Below, in pieces: positions 40,675 to 50,383 of a stretch of DNA of 64,000 nt. Within the stretch, counting starts at the first letter, position 1. Every line of letters begins with the position of its first letter. The stretch is from IMG/VR virus record IMGVR_UViG_3300046787_000408, positions 235,984 to 299,983 of that record; one strand, given 5' to 3'. The translations under genes and the position numbers were made by a program. The notes under the pieces are model-generated. The model was not told the DNA's origin, searched no databases, and saw only the letters and a program-made list of their open reading frames with translations.

Positions 40675-42072
40675 ATGAAACTCGCAAAAAATCTTATCCT
40701 CAACACTGACAGCTACAAAGTCAGTATGTTCAAACAATATCCAGCAGGAACCACAGGTGTATACTCGTATATTGAGTCGCGGGGCGGACGTTACAATCGA
40801 ACAGTTATGTTCGGACTCCAGGCCTTTATCAAAGAGTACTTGCTCGAACCAATCACTCAAGCAGATATCGATATCGCTGATGAAATCCTTACCGCACACG
40901 GTGAGCCTTTCAACCGAGCAGGATGGCAGTACATTCTTGACAAGCGCGACGGATACCTCCCAGTTGTTATTCGATCCGTCCCTGAAGGAACAGTGGTACC
41001 TGTGTCCAACGTCTTGGCAACAATTGAAAACACTGATCCAGAGTGCTTCTGGTTGACCACTTGGTTGGAAACAGCCCTGCTTCGTGCAGTGTGGTATGGT
41101 ACTACTGTGGCAACACAAAGTTATACAATTAAACAAGTGATTCTTGACTACTTGGAGAAGACAGGTGAACCTAGTACTATTGATTTTAAGTTACACGATT
41201 TTGGTGCTCGTGGTGTTAGTAGCATGGAGAGCGCAGGAATTGGTGGGGCGGCACACTTGGTTAATTTTATGGGTACGGATACTATTACTGGCGTGCTTTT
41301 TGCTAGGGAGTATTACAATGCTGGCGTCGCTGGGTTCTCCATCCCAGCCGCTGAACACAGCACAATCACCAGTTGGGGTCGTGACGGAGAAGTTGACGCC
41401 TACCGAAACATGCTCAACCAGTTTGCCCGTGCAGGCAGTGTCCTCGCCGTTGTTTCTGACAGCTATGATATCTACAATGCTGCCAGCAAGCTCTGGGGAG
41501 AAGAACTGCGTCAACAAGTAATTGACAGCGGCGCTACTGTTGTTATTCGTCCTGACAGCGGTGATCCTGTTGAAGTTAACCGTAAGCTGGTTGAGATCCT
41601 GGGAGAGAAGTTTGGGTACACAGTAAACGCTAAAGGCTTCAAAGTGTTGAACAATGTACGTCTTATTCAAGGTGATGGCATCAACGAGCTTACAGTTCGT
41701 AGTATTCTTGGTGCGTTCATGGCCATGGGCTGGAGTGCCGACAACATTGCTTTTGGTATGGGTGGCGCTCTACTTCAAATTGTAGATCGTGACACACAGC
41801 GTTTTGCAATGAAATGCAGTGCTATGCAAATGAACGGTGAGTGGGTTGATGTTGTCAAAGACCCTGTCACTGATCCTGGCAAGAAGAGCAAGGCAGGTCG
41901 TGTAACACTTTGGAAGTCAGGCGTTGAATTTGCATCAACTGTTGGACAGCCACTGAATTGGACAGACCAAGGCATTGGTCCTTGGACAGAGGCTTTGGAA
42001 GAAGTCTATCGCGATGGAAAGTTGATCAAAGAAATTGACTTTGCTACTGTGCGAGCCAACGCTAAAAAGTAA
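40675..42072 (+). CDS. nadV: Nicotinamide phosphoribosyltransferase
   Basis: TDSYK, LHDFGARG, SIPAAEHS, VSDSYD, IRPDSGDP, IQGDG. Confidence 0.93.
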   Translation: MKLAKNLILNTDSYKVSMFKQYPAGTTGVYSYIESRGGRYNRTVMFGLQAFIKEYLLEPITQADIDIADEILTAHGEPFNRAGWQYILDKRDGYLPVVIRSVPEGTVVPVSNVLATIENTDPECFWLTTWLETALLRAVWYGTTVATQSYTIKQVILDYLEKTGEPSTIDFKLHDFGARGVSSMESAGIGGAAHLVNFMGTDTITGVLFAREYYNAGVAGFSIPAAEHSTITSWGRDGEVDAYRNMLNQFARAGSVLAVVSDSYDIYNAASKLWGEELRQQVIDSGATVVIRPDSGDPVEVNRKLVEILGEKFGYTVNAKGFKVLNNVRLIQGDGINELTVRSILGAFMAMGWSADNIAFGMGGALLQIVDRDTQRFAMKCSAMQMNGEWVDVVKDPVTDPGKKSKAGRVTLWKSGVEFASTVGQPLNWTDQGIGPWTEALEEVYRDGKLIKEIDFATVRANAKK

Positions 42073-42120
42073 TACTTTAGCGCACCTAAAAAGTAGTACT
42101 TGTGTACTACTTTTTTTTTT

Positions 42121-42159
42121 GGTTGACTCAAAATGCTCAATTTGTTATAATATACACAT
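42121..42159 (+). repeat. Early sigma70 promoter module, copy 2
   Basis: TTGACT-17-TATAAT; near-identical to 38564-38602; upstream hairpin plus poly-T terminator. Confidence 0.8.
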
Positions 42160-42182
42160 AGCAAAGCAAAAAAGAGCACACA

Positions 42183-42347
42183 ATGGCAATTCTAACCCGT
42201 GAACAAAAGTCCCAGAAGATTATGGAACTTGAGATTGAAGCCAGCAAGATCGTCCAGCAAGCAAGTGGTAGCATTTATAGTTCTAATCTGTTTCCAAAGT
42301 ATCTGAAACTGGTTCGTAAAATTCAAAAACTGAGGGATTCGCTATGA
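42183..42347 (+). CDS. Small early protein (54 aa)
   Basis: MAILTREQK...; ATGA overlap with next gene. Confidence 0.55.
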   Translation: MAILTREQKSQKIMELEIEASKIVQQASGSIYSSNLFPKYLKLVRKIQKLRDSL

Positions 42348-42553
42348 CAAAATTCGTACACATCGTTCAAGTCCATCCCGTAGAGAATGGTGAGCCTAAC
42401 CTGTACAAGGTCAAGGCAGAGCGTGAGTTTGCGACTAAAGAACAAGCCGATGCGTGGATCATAGATCACAACAGACTGCATGATCCATACGAATGGAATT
42501 ATGAAGCAGTCTACTACGGCTGTGTCAACGATGAAACCGGAGAACTGGTATGA
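42344..42553 (+). CDS. Hypothetical protein
   Basis: Chain of overlapping small ORFs. Confidence 0.6.
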   Translation: MTKFVHIVQVHPVENGEPNLYKVKAEREFATKEQADAWIIDHNRLHDPYEWNYEAVYYGCVNDETGELV

Positions 42554-42804
42554 ACATCCAAACCGTAGCAGTCAATCTGCGTAACACAATTGCCGGCAAG
42601 GAAAATATGTTGCTGGCTGTTCAACAAGAGCGAACCTTTGTTGGTTTGCGTGATGGCGAAGATATCGCACTTAAAACAACTGCCCAGTTCCTTACTATCA
42701 ACATCGGCGAACTCAAGCGTATCTTGCAGGATGTGGAACAGTGTATTCCTAAGAGTGAATATTCCCTCGATGGCCCAATGATTAAAATGTTCCGAGAGGA
42801 CTAA
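42550..42804 (+). CDS. Hypothetical protein
   Basis: ATGA overlap; SD GGAG. Confidence 0.6.
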   Translation: MNIQTVAVNLRNTIAGKENMLLAVQQERTFVGLRDGEDIALKTTAQFLTINIGELKRILQDVEQCIPKSEYSLDGPMIKMFRED

Positions 42805-42805
42805 A

Positions 42806-43534
42806 ATGAGCATTATCACAGCATACAAATCAGACGCAGACGGCAAGATCTTTGAAGACAAGTCAAAGTATCAAGCCCACCTGCGAACACTGGCCCGACA
42901 TCGCAATGCTCAACGCAAACTGCAAATTGCCGAAGCAGCCAAAGATGCTGCCTGGGCTGAACTGTACGAGCGTGAGCAAAGCATTGACGACTGGATGCAA
43001 ATGGTTATTGACAACCAGCACCTGTTCTGGGCCGAAGCTGCCGAGGGCGATCCTTACGACTGGGAATGTGTTGGCAAAAAAGTTAGTCGACGCAAAGATG
43101 CTCAAGTTGTGCCGGTGCCGCGGCTGTTGCAGATCACTCACAGCCTGCGCTGGAACGACATGGTTAGTAATAGCCACTCATGTCCTGTAGGTGGTGTTCA
43201 ATGCTGGAGCAGCCACGAAGCCAAGGACGGTCGCCCACGTGGCTACCCAGGTTGGCAAGGACGTATTGACTGGCTGGTTGAATGGCCTAAAGAGTTTGAC
43301 GGTATCTATCTTGGCAGCGACTTGTTCTCTAAAGGTACTTTCCGCAGTGGTCGTCAACGTGCTCACACTGGTACAGGCGGTGGTGGTGGCGGGTACTTTG
43401 ACAAAGAGTTCAATACCTGGTGCCAGCGTCCTGGCTACAGTTTCAGCATCTTTGCCAGTGACTGGCCGGGCATGGCTCGTTACCATGAGAAGCGTAAAAT
43501 GTGGAAAACACTCAGCACCAAGGAGTTTGCATGA
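42806..43534 (+). CDS. Hypothetical phage protein
   Basis: 242 aa; SNSHSCP, GYPGWQGRI, HTGTGGG motifs. Confidence 0.7.
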   Translation: MSIITAYKSDADGKIFEDKSKYQAHLRTLARHRNAQRKLQIAEAAKDAAWAELYEREQSIDDWMQMVIDNQHLFWAEAAEGDPYDWECVGKKVSRRKDAQVVPVPRLLQITHSLRWNDMVSNSHSCPVGGVQCWSSHEAKDGRPRGYPGWQGRIDWLVEWPKEFDGIYLGSDLFSKGTFRSGRQRAHTGTGGGGGGYFDKEFNTWCQRPGYSFSIFASDWPGMARYHEKRKMWKTLSTKEFA

Positions 43535-43806
43535 ACGAACGAATTAAAGAACTTGCCCGCAAAGCTGGCATCAGCATCCTGTACGAATACGATGGGTACG
43601 ATGGTCATGCTGGTGTTTTAAACTTTGACGACATTGAAAAGTTTACCCAACTGCTGGTAAGCGATGTGCTTCGCGAAGTCGACACCCGTGCATACGTTTC
43701 GGGTGACCGTGCCTGGAGCGATGACCTGGATCGTCCCTGGATCGAACTGGAGTACGGCTTTGGCAAATTAGCTGATGCACAACGTCAAGCAGGAAAGAGA
43801 AAATAA
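43531..43806 (+). CDS. Hypothetical protein
   Basis: MNERIKELA start; SD AAGGAG. Confidence 0.6.
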   Translation: MNERIKELARKAGISILYEYDGYDGHAGVLNFDDIEKFTQLLVSDVLREVDTRAYVSGDRAWSDDLDRPWIELEYGFGKLADAQRQAGKRK

Positions 43807-44021
43807 TGGGATACATTTACATCTTGATGATCTGGACTGTAGTTGGTGTAGGTGACGCCAAGGGTTCTCGCACAGTGGTCAAATACGATTGGCGACCTCT
43901 AGGTGAGTTTCATATGGAAGAAGGCCGGACGAACATGAAGTCTGCCCTGCAAATGTGCGAAGATGCTGCAAAGCAACTTGGATTGAAGTATGAAAACTAC
44001 CGTTGCGTGAGGAGCAAATGA
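43806..44021 (+). CDS. Hypothetical protein
   Basis: TAATG overlap. Confidence 0.55.
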   Translation: MGYIYILMIWTVVGVGDAKGSRTVVKYDWRPLGEFHMEEGRTNMKSALQMCEDAAKQLGLKYENYRCVRSK

Positions 44022-44131
44022 CCTATATTACCAACTACAACAACACCATTCAGTTGCCTTGGGAGCCAGGGCTGTTGGAATGGTTGCAAGCAAAATATCC
44101 ACATTCTCGTTATAGGATTGTAACACGATGA
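44018..44131 (+). CDS. Small hypothetical protein (37 aa)
   Basis: ATGA overlaps at both ends; SD GAGGAG. Confidence 0.5.
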   Translation: MTYITNYNNTIQLPWEPGLLEWLQAKYPHSRYRIVTR

Positions 44132-44295
44132 TTCCGCACACTGAATGGGAACGCCTTGACCTGCTCAAAGAAATTGAGTGTGGCGATAAAATTGTTATTC
44201 CTGTGAGTTATGAACATGCAGTGAACATGTTGAACGTTGCTAGCAGGTACATCCAAGAACAACATCAACAAATGTGGAAAGCACTGCAACAATGA
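44128..44295 (+). CDS. Small hypothetical protein (55 aa)
   Basis: ATGA overlaps at both ends. Confidence 0.5.
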   Translation: MIPHTEWERLDLLKEIECGDKIVIPVSYEHAVNMLNVASRYIQEQHQQMWKALQQ

Positions 44296-44564
44296 TCTAC
44301 TACAAAATTCGCAAGCTGTCAGATCCTACCGAGTTTGTAAAGGGTACACCTGTGTACTTGAGTTACGACAAGACTGGTCGCATCTTTCAGTCACTGGGCA
44401 GCTTGAGGACATTCTTGACCGGCGTGATGAATGCTGACAAACGAAGCGGCTGGAACCGTATAGCAGACTGGGAAATAGTTGAACTTGAAATGGTGATCAA
44501 AGAAGTCAAACAACCGTTTGACGTTATTGACCCTAAAAAAGTATGGAACATGTTGAAGAAATGA
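44292..44564 (+). CDS. Hypothetical protein
   Basis: ATGA overlaps. Confidence 0.6.
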   Translation: MIYYKIRKLSDPTEFVKGTPVYLSYDKTGRIFQSLGSLRTFLTGVMNADKRSGWNRIADWEIVELEMVIKEVKQPFDVIDPKKVWNMLKK

Positions 44565-44872
44565 AATACAAATACATTGGATGGTGCAAAGACGAGAAGA
44601 CCAACGCCGACAAGGTCTGGGGCGCAATTTGTTTGCGAGAACCTACTGCATCTTACCGTAGTGATGGCAAGTACGTAACCTTTTGGGGGCGCCGTGGCAA
44701 AAAGCTACAAACCAAATTGGTCGAAGGTAGTCTCTGGGATGTGCATCATCCTTTCCTTAAAAAGCTAGACAAAGGCTACAAGGAAATTCAAGAAAATCAA
44801 TTGGATGAAGTGTACCCTGAGTTTCAACAAGACTTGGAAAAGACTGCCTTCTGGGCTGCACTGCAATCATGA
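44561..44872 (+). CDS. WGR-domain-like protein
   Basis: ADKVW...VTFWGRRG...KKLDKGY. Confidence 0.6.
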   Translation: MKYKYIGWCKDEKTNADKVWGAICLREPTASYRSDGKYVTFWGRRGKKLQTKLVEGSLWDVHHPFLKKLDKGYKEIQENQLDEVYPEFQQDLEKTAFWAALQS

Positions 44873-45105
44873 GTGTATATGCAGACGGAGTACGGTATCA
44901 AACAATGCACTTGCCCTGTGGCGGTGTTGCAAAGTTTGATCACTCAAGCGGTATTAGTTATCGTTGCCTAGATTGCATGGCTGTGGTAGGATCTGTAGGT
45001 ATGCCCAGAGCCTGCCAGAGTGAAATTGCCAAGTACGATGTGCTCAAACAACTTGGCGGCAACGTCAAGTGGGACTATAATAAGGGCTGTGAGGTAACTG
45101 AATGA
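44869..45105 (+). CDS. Small Cys-rich protein
   Basis: PCGG...YRCLDC zinc-ribbon-like motif. Confidence 0.55.
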   Translation: MSVYADGVRYQTMHLPCGGVAKFDHSSGISYRCLDCMAVVGSVGMPRACQSEIAKYDVLKQLGGNVKWDYNKGCEVTE

Positions 45106-45293
45106 CTCAAGATCAAATTTTAGGCTACGCCGAACAGCCTGATGGTAGCTGGGAACCAATCCTGCCTGCTCAACGTGGCTACATTTATACCCAGGCTTTT
45201 ATACTTTGTCGGGAGTGCCAAACTGCCATTCGCCCACAAGGTGGTCCCAACCGTAACGCACTTTGCCCCACTTGCTATGAACAAAACACCTAA
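45102..45293 (+). CDS. Small zinc-finger protein
   Basis: CREC...CPTC. Confidence 0.55.
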   Translation: MTQDQILGYAEQPDGSWEPILPAQRGYIYTQAFILCRECQTAIRPQGGPNRNALCPTCYEQNT

Positions 45294-45597
45294 TCGATTC
45301 CGCCCTAGCTCTAGCATGGACACTAAGAGTATCATGCGTGAACGCCGAAAGTATGGCGCTTTGCACGGTAGCTACAATTGGCAAAGCCGAATTAAGTGGT
45401 ATCCTGCAGGTTACAAACTCAACAAGAAAACTATCTTTCGACAGTTTGGTAATCTTCATTATCTTGCTTGTCACAGTCCCGAGCCAATCTCAAAGAAGTG
45501 GCAGAAAGCCTACAACAACTATTACAAAAAGCACTTTGGGTCGTTCGGTGCAAGTGTACGTTATCTCAACAAGTGGTCATGCCACTCTTGGTTATGA
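45277..45597 (+). CDS. Basic hypothetical protein
   Basis: Overlapping chain. Confidence 0.5.
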   Translation: MNKTPNRFRPSSSMDTKSIMRERRKYGALHGSYNWQSRIKWYPAGYKLNKKTIFRQFGNLHYLACHSPEPISKKWQKAYNNYYKKHFGSFGASVRYLNKWSCHSWL

Positions 45598-45791
45598 ACG
45601 AAAAACTCAACACATTTAGAACACTGCAAGACTTGCCGCCGGCTGTGACTAGTTTTTGGTGCCGATTCAACTGGCATACTTGGACCAAGTGGAGTGCGGT
45701 AGAACACAATGGTCATTCAATCTGGGCACGGCAAAATCGCTATTGTGTACACTGTCATGCCTTGGATCAAAAGAAATGGCAAGTGGCATGA
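45594..45791 (+). CDS. Small hypothetical protein
   Basis: WCRFNWHTWTKW...CVHC; ATGA overlaps. Confidence 0.55.
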   Translation: MNEKLNTFRTLQDLPPAVTSFWCRFNWHTWTKWSAVEHNGHSIWARQNRYCVHCHALDQKKWQVA

Positions 45792-46039
45792 AAACAACAA
45801 AACCACCTATTGAACATCAAGACCTGTTTGGACAGGCCCTGGAGGTTGGCGACTGTGTGGTGTATCCACGTAGCAACAGCATGACAGTGGGCACAGTGGC
45901 CAAGCTCAATCCCAAGATGGTCGGCGTTAAAAGTGTCGGCCATAGCTGGGGCAACTGCAACAAGTATCCACAGGAGCTGGTGAAAGTTTCGGGTTCAGAA
46001 GTCACAATGTATTTGCTGAAAAAGATGTCCAAGGCTTGA
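45788..46039 (+). CDS. Small SH3/KOW-like hypothetical protein
   Basis: DLFGQALEVGDCVVY. Confidence 0.55.
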   Translation: MKTTKPPIEHQDLFGQALEVGDCVVYPRSNSMTVGTVAKLNPKMVGVKSVGHSWGNCNKYPQELVKVSGSEVTMYLLKKMSKA

Positions 46040-46073
46040 CACTAAATAAAAACCCTGTTACAATAGTTTTTTA

Positions 46074-46148
46074 GGGCCAATAGCTTAATGGTAAAGCAGT
46101 CGACTCATAATCGATTGAGTCTAAGTTCAATTCTTAGTTGGCCCACCA
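46074..46148 (+). tRNA. tRNA-CAT (probably Ile2, or Met)
   Basis: Cloverleaf; loop CTCATAA; CCA; own sigma70 promoter. Confidence 0.9.
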
Positions 46149-46153
46149 AACAT

Positions 46154-46228
46154 CTGGCGTTCGTATAATGGATAATACACGGGTCTTCTAAGCCCTTTAT
46201 ATAGGTTCGATTCCTGTACGCCGGACCA
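46154..46228 (+). tRNA. tRNA-Arg(TCT)
   Basis: Cloverleaf; loop CTTCTAA; CCA. Confidence 0.85.
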
Positions 46229-46235
46229 CTATAGT

Positions 46236-46272
46236 ATAAATTATTTCAATTACAGCAATAGAAATAATTTCA
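46236..46272 (+). promoter_or_regulatory. OxyR-box-like operator upstream of ahpC
   Basis: ATAA-N7-CAAT-N7-ATAG-N7-TTCA spacing. Confidence 0.4.
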
Positions 46273-46373
46273 GACAAAAACAATGAATCTGCTTGATTTC
46301 ATTGCTATATACTATTACAATAAACACTCAGTATAAACACTGAGACTCAACATTTTAACACAAGGAAATCAAA

Positions 46374-46943
46374 ATGAAAACAGTTGGCGATAAATTGGCC
46401 CCATTCGCAGTCACCGGCGTTCGTCCCGGTCAACCTGAAGATGCGTTTTATACCATCACAGACACCAGCTTTGAAGGCAAGTGGAAAGTAATCGTTTACT
46501 ACCCCAAGGACTTTACATTCGTATGCCCCACAGAAATTGTAGCTTACGACAAGTTGGCACAGGACTTTGCTGATCGTGACGCAGTGTTGCTCACAGGTTC
46601 AACAGACAATGAGTTCTGCAAAGTGGCTTGGCAAAATGCACACGCTGATTTGAAGAAGATCACACACCACCAGTTTGCTGACACACAACGTGCCACCTAC
46701 GATGCTGCAACCAACACAGTAAAGAACCTGAGCTTGATTGAACAATTGGGTGTGTTCTATGCTCCAGCTGGTGCCGCACTTCGTGCCACATTCATTGTTG
46801 ATCCCAACAATGAGATCCAACACGTTACAGTCAACAACTTGAACGTGGGTCGCAGTCCAGAAGAAACACTTCGTGTGTTGGATGCATTGCAAACAGGTGA
46901 ACTGTGTGCTTGCAACCGTACAGTTGGCGGCGAGACACTGTAA
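46374..46943 (+). CDS. ahpC: Peroxiredoxin AhpC
   Basis: YPKDFTFVCPTE; RATFIVDP; GELCAC. Confidence 0.93.
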   Translation: MKTVGDKLAPFAVTGVRPGQPEDAFYTITDTSFEGKWKVIVYYPKDFTFVCPTEIVAYDKLAQDFADRDAVLLTGSTDNEFCKVAWQNAHADLKKITHHQFADTQRATYDAATNTVKNLSLIEQLGVFYAPAGAALRATFIVDPNNEIQHVTVNNLNVGRSPEETLRVLDALQTGELCACNRTVGGETL

Positions 46944-47566
46944 TGTTAGAAACTATATGCGACACATTAGTCGAAGCATATAGCCGCAACTGGATTACCA
47001 GTCGTGATGGCAATGTAAGTATTCGTCATCACGACCGTGATCACTTTTATATCACGCCTAGTGGTGTGCGTAAGCAAACGCTACAGCCTGATCAATTTAA
47101 AAAGATTAGAATTGTAAGTAGTCTTATGTGGACAGAAGAATTCTACACAGACATTAGTGCTAATTTAAAGCCCAGCGGAGAGATTCCCTTGCACTTTGGG
47201 TTACAAAAGAATATGGGTCAGCATAGCAATGATGTTAGGGTAGTAGTTCACTTGCATCCTACATATTGTGTAGCGGCTATGCATCGTGGTATTGAGTTAA
47301 GCAGCCTTGCTGATAGCTTTCCAGAACTCAGTCGTTATACAAGTGTGGCGCCTAACGTAGGAGATGTAGCACCTATCAGTCAAGAACTTGCTGATCGTTG
47401 CCATGAGAACTTGCAGTTAGATAACTACGGAAATATTGCTTATGACATTGTTGGGATCAAAGGTCATGGAGTAGTGGCTATTGACACTAGTCCGTGGCGT
47501 GCGTTTGAGCACATTGAACGATTAGAACATATTTGCCAAATTGTGTTGGCATCAGGAAAATATTAA
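46943..47566 (+). CDS. Class II aldolase/adducin family protein
   Basis: DGNVS, ITPSG, PSGEIPLH, VVHLHP, KGHG. Confidence 0.85.
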   Translation: MLETICDTLVEAYSRNWITSRDGNVSIRHHDRDHFYITPSGVRKQTLQPDQFKKIRIVSSLMWTEEFYTDISANLKPSGEIPLHFGLQKNMGQHSNDVRVVVHLHPTYCVAAMHRGIELSSLADSFPELSRYTSVAPNVGDVAPISQELADRCHENLQLDNYGNIAYDIVGIKGHGVVAIDTSPWRAFEHIERLEHICQIVLASGKY

Positions 47567-47567
47567 C

Positions 47568-47966
47568 ATGTTGGATTGTTTGATCATTGGGGATAGTATT
47601 GCAGTGGGCACACACCAAGCAAGACCCGAGTGTGTGGCCTATGCCAAAGGCGGCTGGAATACCTGGCAATGGAATCGCGAATACTTGAACAAAGATTTGT
47701 CTGCCCGGACAGTTATTATCAGCTTGGGCAGTAACGACCACAAGGGCGTACGAACCCGAGCAGAGTTACAACGTATTCGTGAGAAAGTTGGAACAACTGC
47801 TAGAGTATTTTGGATCTTGCCTGCAATCAATCCAGACATTCAAGCAACAATCAAAAGCATGGCGGCAGAGTACGGAGATTCTGTACTGCCAATGACTCGT
47901 TTACAAAAGGATGGCGTACATCCTAGCTGGGCGGGTTATAAAGAATTAGCGGAGAAAACAAAATGA
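47568..47966 (+). CDS. Small SGNH/GDSL hydrolase
   Basis: IGDS, SLGSND, DGVHP. Confidence 0.75.
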   Translation: MLDCLIIGDSIAVGTHQARPECVAYAKGGWNTWQWNREYLNKDLSARTVIISLGSNDHKGVRTRAELQRIREKVGTTARVFWILPAINPDIQATIKSMAAEYGDSVLPMTRLQKDGVHPSWAGYKELAEKTK

Positions 47967-48478
47967 CAACATGGGTAGATCAACTCAAAGAAACCATCCC
48001 TGACTATGCCAAGGATACTCGACTCAACATTGACGCTGTGATCAAACGTTCGAGCTTGGCTCCTGAATTAGCTGAAGCTATTGCTCTAGCGGCAGCATTT
48101 GCCACAGGCAACACCAAGCTGTGGACCTGGATTCACAGTGTGTTGGCAGACCGCAAAGAAGCTGATGCAGCACTGACCGCTGCCTCAATCATGGCTCAAA
48201 ACAACGTTTGGTATCCATTCGTTGAAATGGCAGATGATCCTGCTTTAGCCGGGTTGCCTGCACAGTTGCGCATGAATGCTATTGCAAGTCATGGTGGAAC
48301 AACCAAGGCCAACTTTGAAGCTTACAGCTTGGCCGCAAGTATTGTGGGCAAGTGCCATTTCTGTGTAAAAGCTCACTATGAGACTTTGAAAGCAGAAGGT
48401 TACACTGTGGAACAACTTCGCGACATTGGACGTATTGCCGCAGTAGTTACCAGCACTGCCCGAGTGTTAGCCAACTAA
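47963..48478 (+). CDS. ahpD: Alkyl hydroperoxide reductase AhpD
   Basis: PDYAKD, MAQNNVWY, CHFCVKAH. Confidence 0.9.
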   Translation: MTTWVDQLKETIPDYAKDTRLNIDAVIKRSSLAPELAEAIALAAAFATGNTKLWTWIHSVLADRKEADAALTAASIMAQNNVWYPFVEMADDPALAGLPAQLRMNAIASHGGTTKANFEAYSLAASIVGKCHFCVKAHYETLKAEGYTVEQLRDIGRIAAVVTSTARVLAN

Positions 48479-48492
48479 AATTAGTAGCTGTC

Positions 48493-49047
48493 ATGATTAG
48501 TTCTAGTCCAGACCGTGGCTGTTTCCAAATTGAGTGCGAACTCAAGCGAGTTGCTGAAGGCGACAAAACTGCTGAAGAAGCAAACGACATGATTGAGTTT
48601 TACCAGTCACATCGAGCACAAATTCGCGAAAAAGAAGCTGACCCTGAATGGCAGAAAAACAACATGGAGTTTGATCTCCGTGCCACAGACTGGATTGTGG
48701 CCAAAGTACGTGCATCTGAAGCTTACGCACAGAATCTGTATGCTGCCATGTGCAATCAGAACTTTCAGAAAAACGAAGTATGGTCTGTGTTGAAAAATCA
48801 AACCTGGGGTGCCAGCTGGCGCTATGCTGGAGGTATTGTTGCTGACATGCGTGGCGAAGGTGACTACATGGACTGGTACTGCTCGGGCATCCAAGGTGAC
48901 GCAGACATCGAAACCATGACTCCTGAGCAGCTGGAACGGCATCAATGGTACAAGGCCAACTTTGTGGGCGAAAGTGTAGTCACCAACGAGATCCGAGAAG
49001 ATCTAAAAAAATTAGGATGGTGGGTGGTAGAAGATGCTGTTGAATAA
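48493..49047 (+). CDS. Hypothetical phage protein
   Basis: YAQNLYAAMCN, SWRYAGG, DYMDWYCSG. Confidence 0.7.
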   Translation: MISSSPDRGCFQIECELKRVAEGDKTAEEANDMIEFYQSHRAQIREKEADPEWQKNNMEFDLRATDWIVAKVRASEAYAQNLYAAMCNQNFQKNEVWSVLKNQTWGASWRYAGGIVADMRGEGDYMDWYCSGIQGDADIETMTPEQLERHQWYKANFVGESVVTNEIREDLKKLGWWVVEDAVE

Positions 49048-50179
49048 TCGTTGTACCTACAACGCTGACAAGTTTGGATTCTACCAGTCTGGTGATATCA
49101 AAACCTACAGCAAAATAGAAGCTATTGAAGCCCAGAAACGAACTGGGCATTTTCCTGAATGGAATTTCAATAGGCCAGTGTTTGACAACATGAATTGGAA
49201 AGTTGAACCTCCTGGACAGTTGTGGGACTATTACAAGGCTCGTGCTAGACAAATACGCGAAAGTTATGACTATTGTGTGTTGTTTTATTCTGGCGGCAGT
49301 GATAGTCATAATATCCTTAACGCATGGCTAGAAGAAGGGTGTCAAATTGACGAAGTAGCAAGTTTTTGTTATTTTGATGCGGCTGGCACCCAATCTTTTA
49401 TGAACAGCGAAGTTGATCAAGTGGCAATTCCCATCATGAAAGAATTGGCCAAGTTTCAAAATATCAAATTCAGACTGATTGATTTTAGCAAGGATATAGT
49501 TGATGCAGTTGATCAGTTCTCCGATGAGTGGAAATATCTAAGCAACTTTCATTGGACGCCAAATTCCAAAACCATCTTGATGTGGCGCAAGCGCATTGAA
49601 GAGTATCGACGCATGATTGACGCTGGTAAAAAAGTTTGTTTTGTTTGGGGATCAGACAAGCCTAAGGTTTTTTACGATGGGAAGTTGTACTTTCAATTTG
49701 TTGATATTATTGACAATTGCATTAGTCCAAAAATGCAACAAGAATACAACAACGGGTTCTTTGATGAATTGTTTTACTGGACTCCTGACATGCCCGAAAT
49801 TGTGGTAAAGCAGGCACACGTGGTAAAACGTTTTGTTGAAACAGTGCATGATCCAGTGTTTTACGAACCAGCTGGTTCTAAAGATGCACACGGTTCCGGG
49901 TATAACAAGGTGTTAAAAACTCATTTGTCGCAGTGGGGACTCAAACAAGTAATATATCCTCGATGGGATCCTACCACGTTTGTTGATGGCAAAAGCCCTA
50001 GTCGTGTGTATAGCATACGCGATACTTGGTTTATCAACGGAAACTTGGACCAGAGCCAGAAGTTCCGAGACTTATCACAAGGATTTTTCTCATCTGTAGA
50101 TCAATACTGGCTGAGTGATACTAGCAATTTTTTAAAAGGAATCAAGGGCAGTGTTTCACCCAAGTACTACCTAGAGTAA
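49034..50179 (+). CDS. PP-loop (adenine nucleotide alpha-hydrolase-like) protein
   Basis: LFYSGGSDS. Confidence 0.6.
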   Translation: MLLNNRCTYNADKFGFYQSGDIKTYSKIEAIEAQKRTGHFPEWNFNRPVFDNMNWKVEPPGQLWDYYKARARQIRESYDYCVLFYSGGSDSHNILNAWLEEGCQIDEVASFCYFDAAGTQSFMNSEVDQVAIPIMKELAKFQNIKFRLIDFSKDIVDAVDQFSDEWKYLSNFHWTPNSKTILMWRKRIEEYRRMIDAGKKVCFVWGSDKPKVFYDGKLYFQFVDIIDNCISPKMQQEYNNGFFDELFYWTPDMPEIVVKQAHVVKRFVETVHDPVFYEPAGSKDAHGSGYNKVLKTHLSQWGLKQVIYPRWDPTTFVDGKSPSRVYSIRDTWFINGNLDQSQKFRDLSQGFFSSVDQYWLSDTSNFLKGIKGSVSPKYYLE

Positions 50180-50196
50180 GAATAATAAATACCAAC

Positions 50197-50376
50197 ATGA
50201 TTATCAACATCCATTTACAAAATACATTGTGGCAAACTCAAACCATACCAGGCCCTGGCTACAACGTCACAGAAATTCTGGACAGCATTGAAAGTGCTCG
50301 TGAGGCTGGTGAGCTGAATTGGTTGTTGTGGGATCAACCCTTACGGCTTGACATACAAGTCGTAGAGCCGCTATAA
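50197..50376 (+). CDS. Small hypothetical protein (59 aa)
   Basis: TAAATA immediately upstream of ATG. Confidence 0.45.
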   Translation: MIINIHLQNTLWQTQTIPGPGYNVTEILDSIESAREAGELNWLLWDQPLRLDIQVVEPL

Positions 50377-50383
50377 TACAAGT

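Noticed and set aside
46154-46228. Possible amber suppressor (CTA visible in the loop)
   Set aside because: Correct register gives loop CTTCTAA with anticodon TCT (Arg).
49034-50179. QueC
   Set aside because: Only the SGGxDS PP-loop matches; the protein is too long, lacks the QueC C-terminal Cys cluster, and is far from the que genes.
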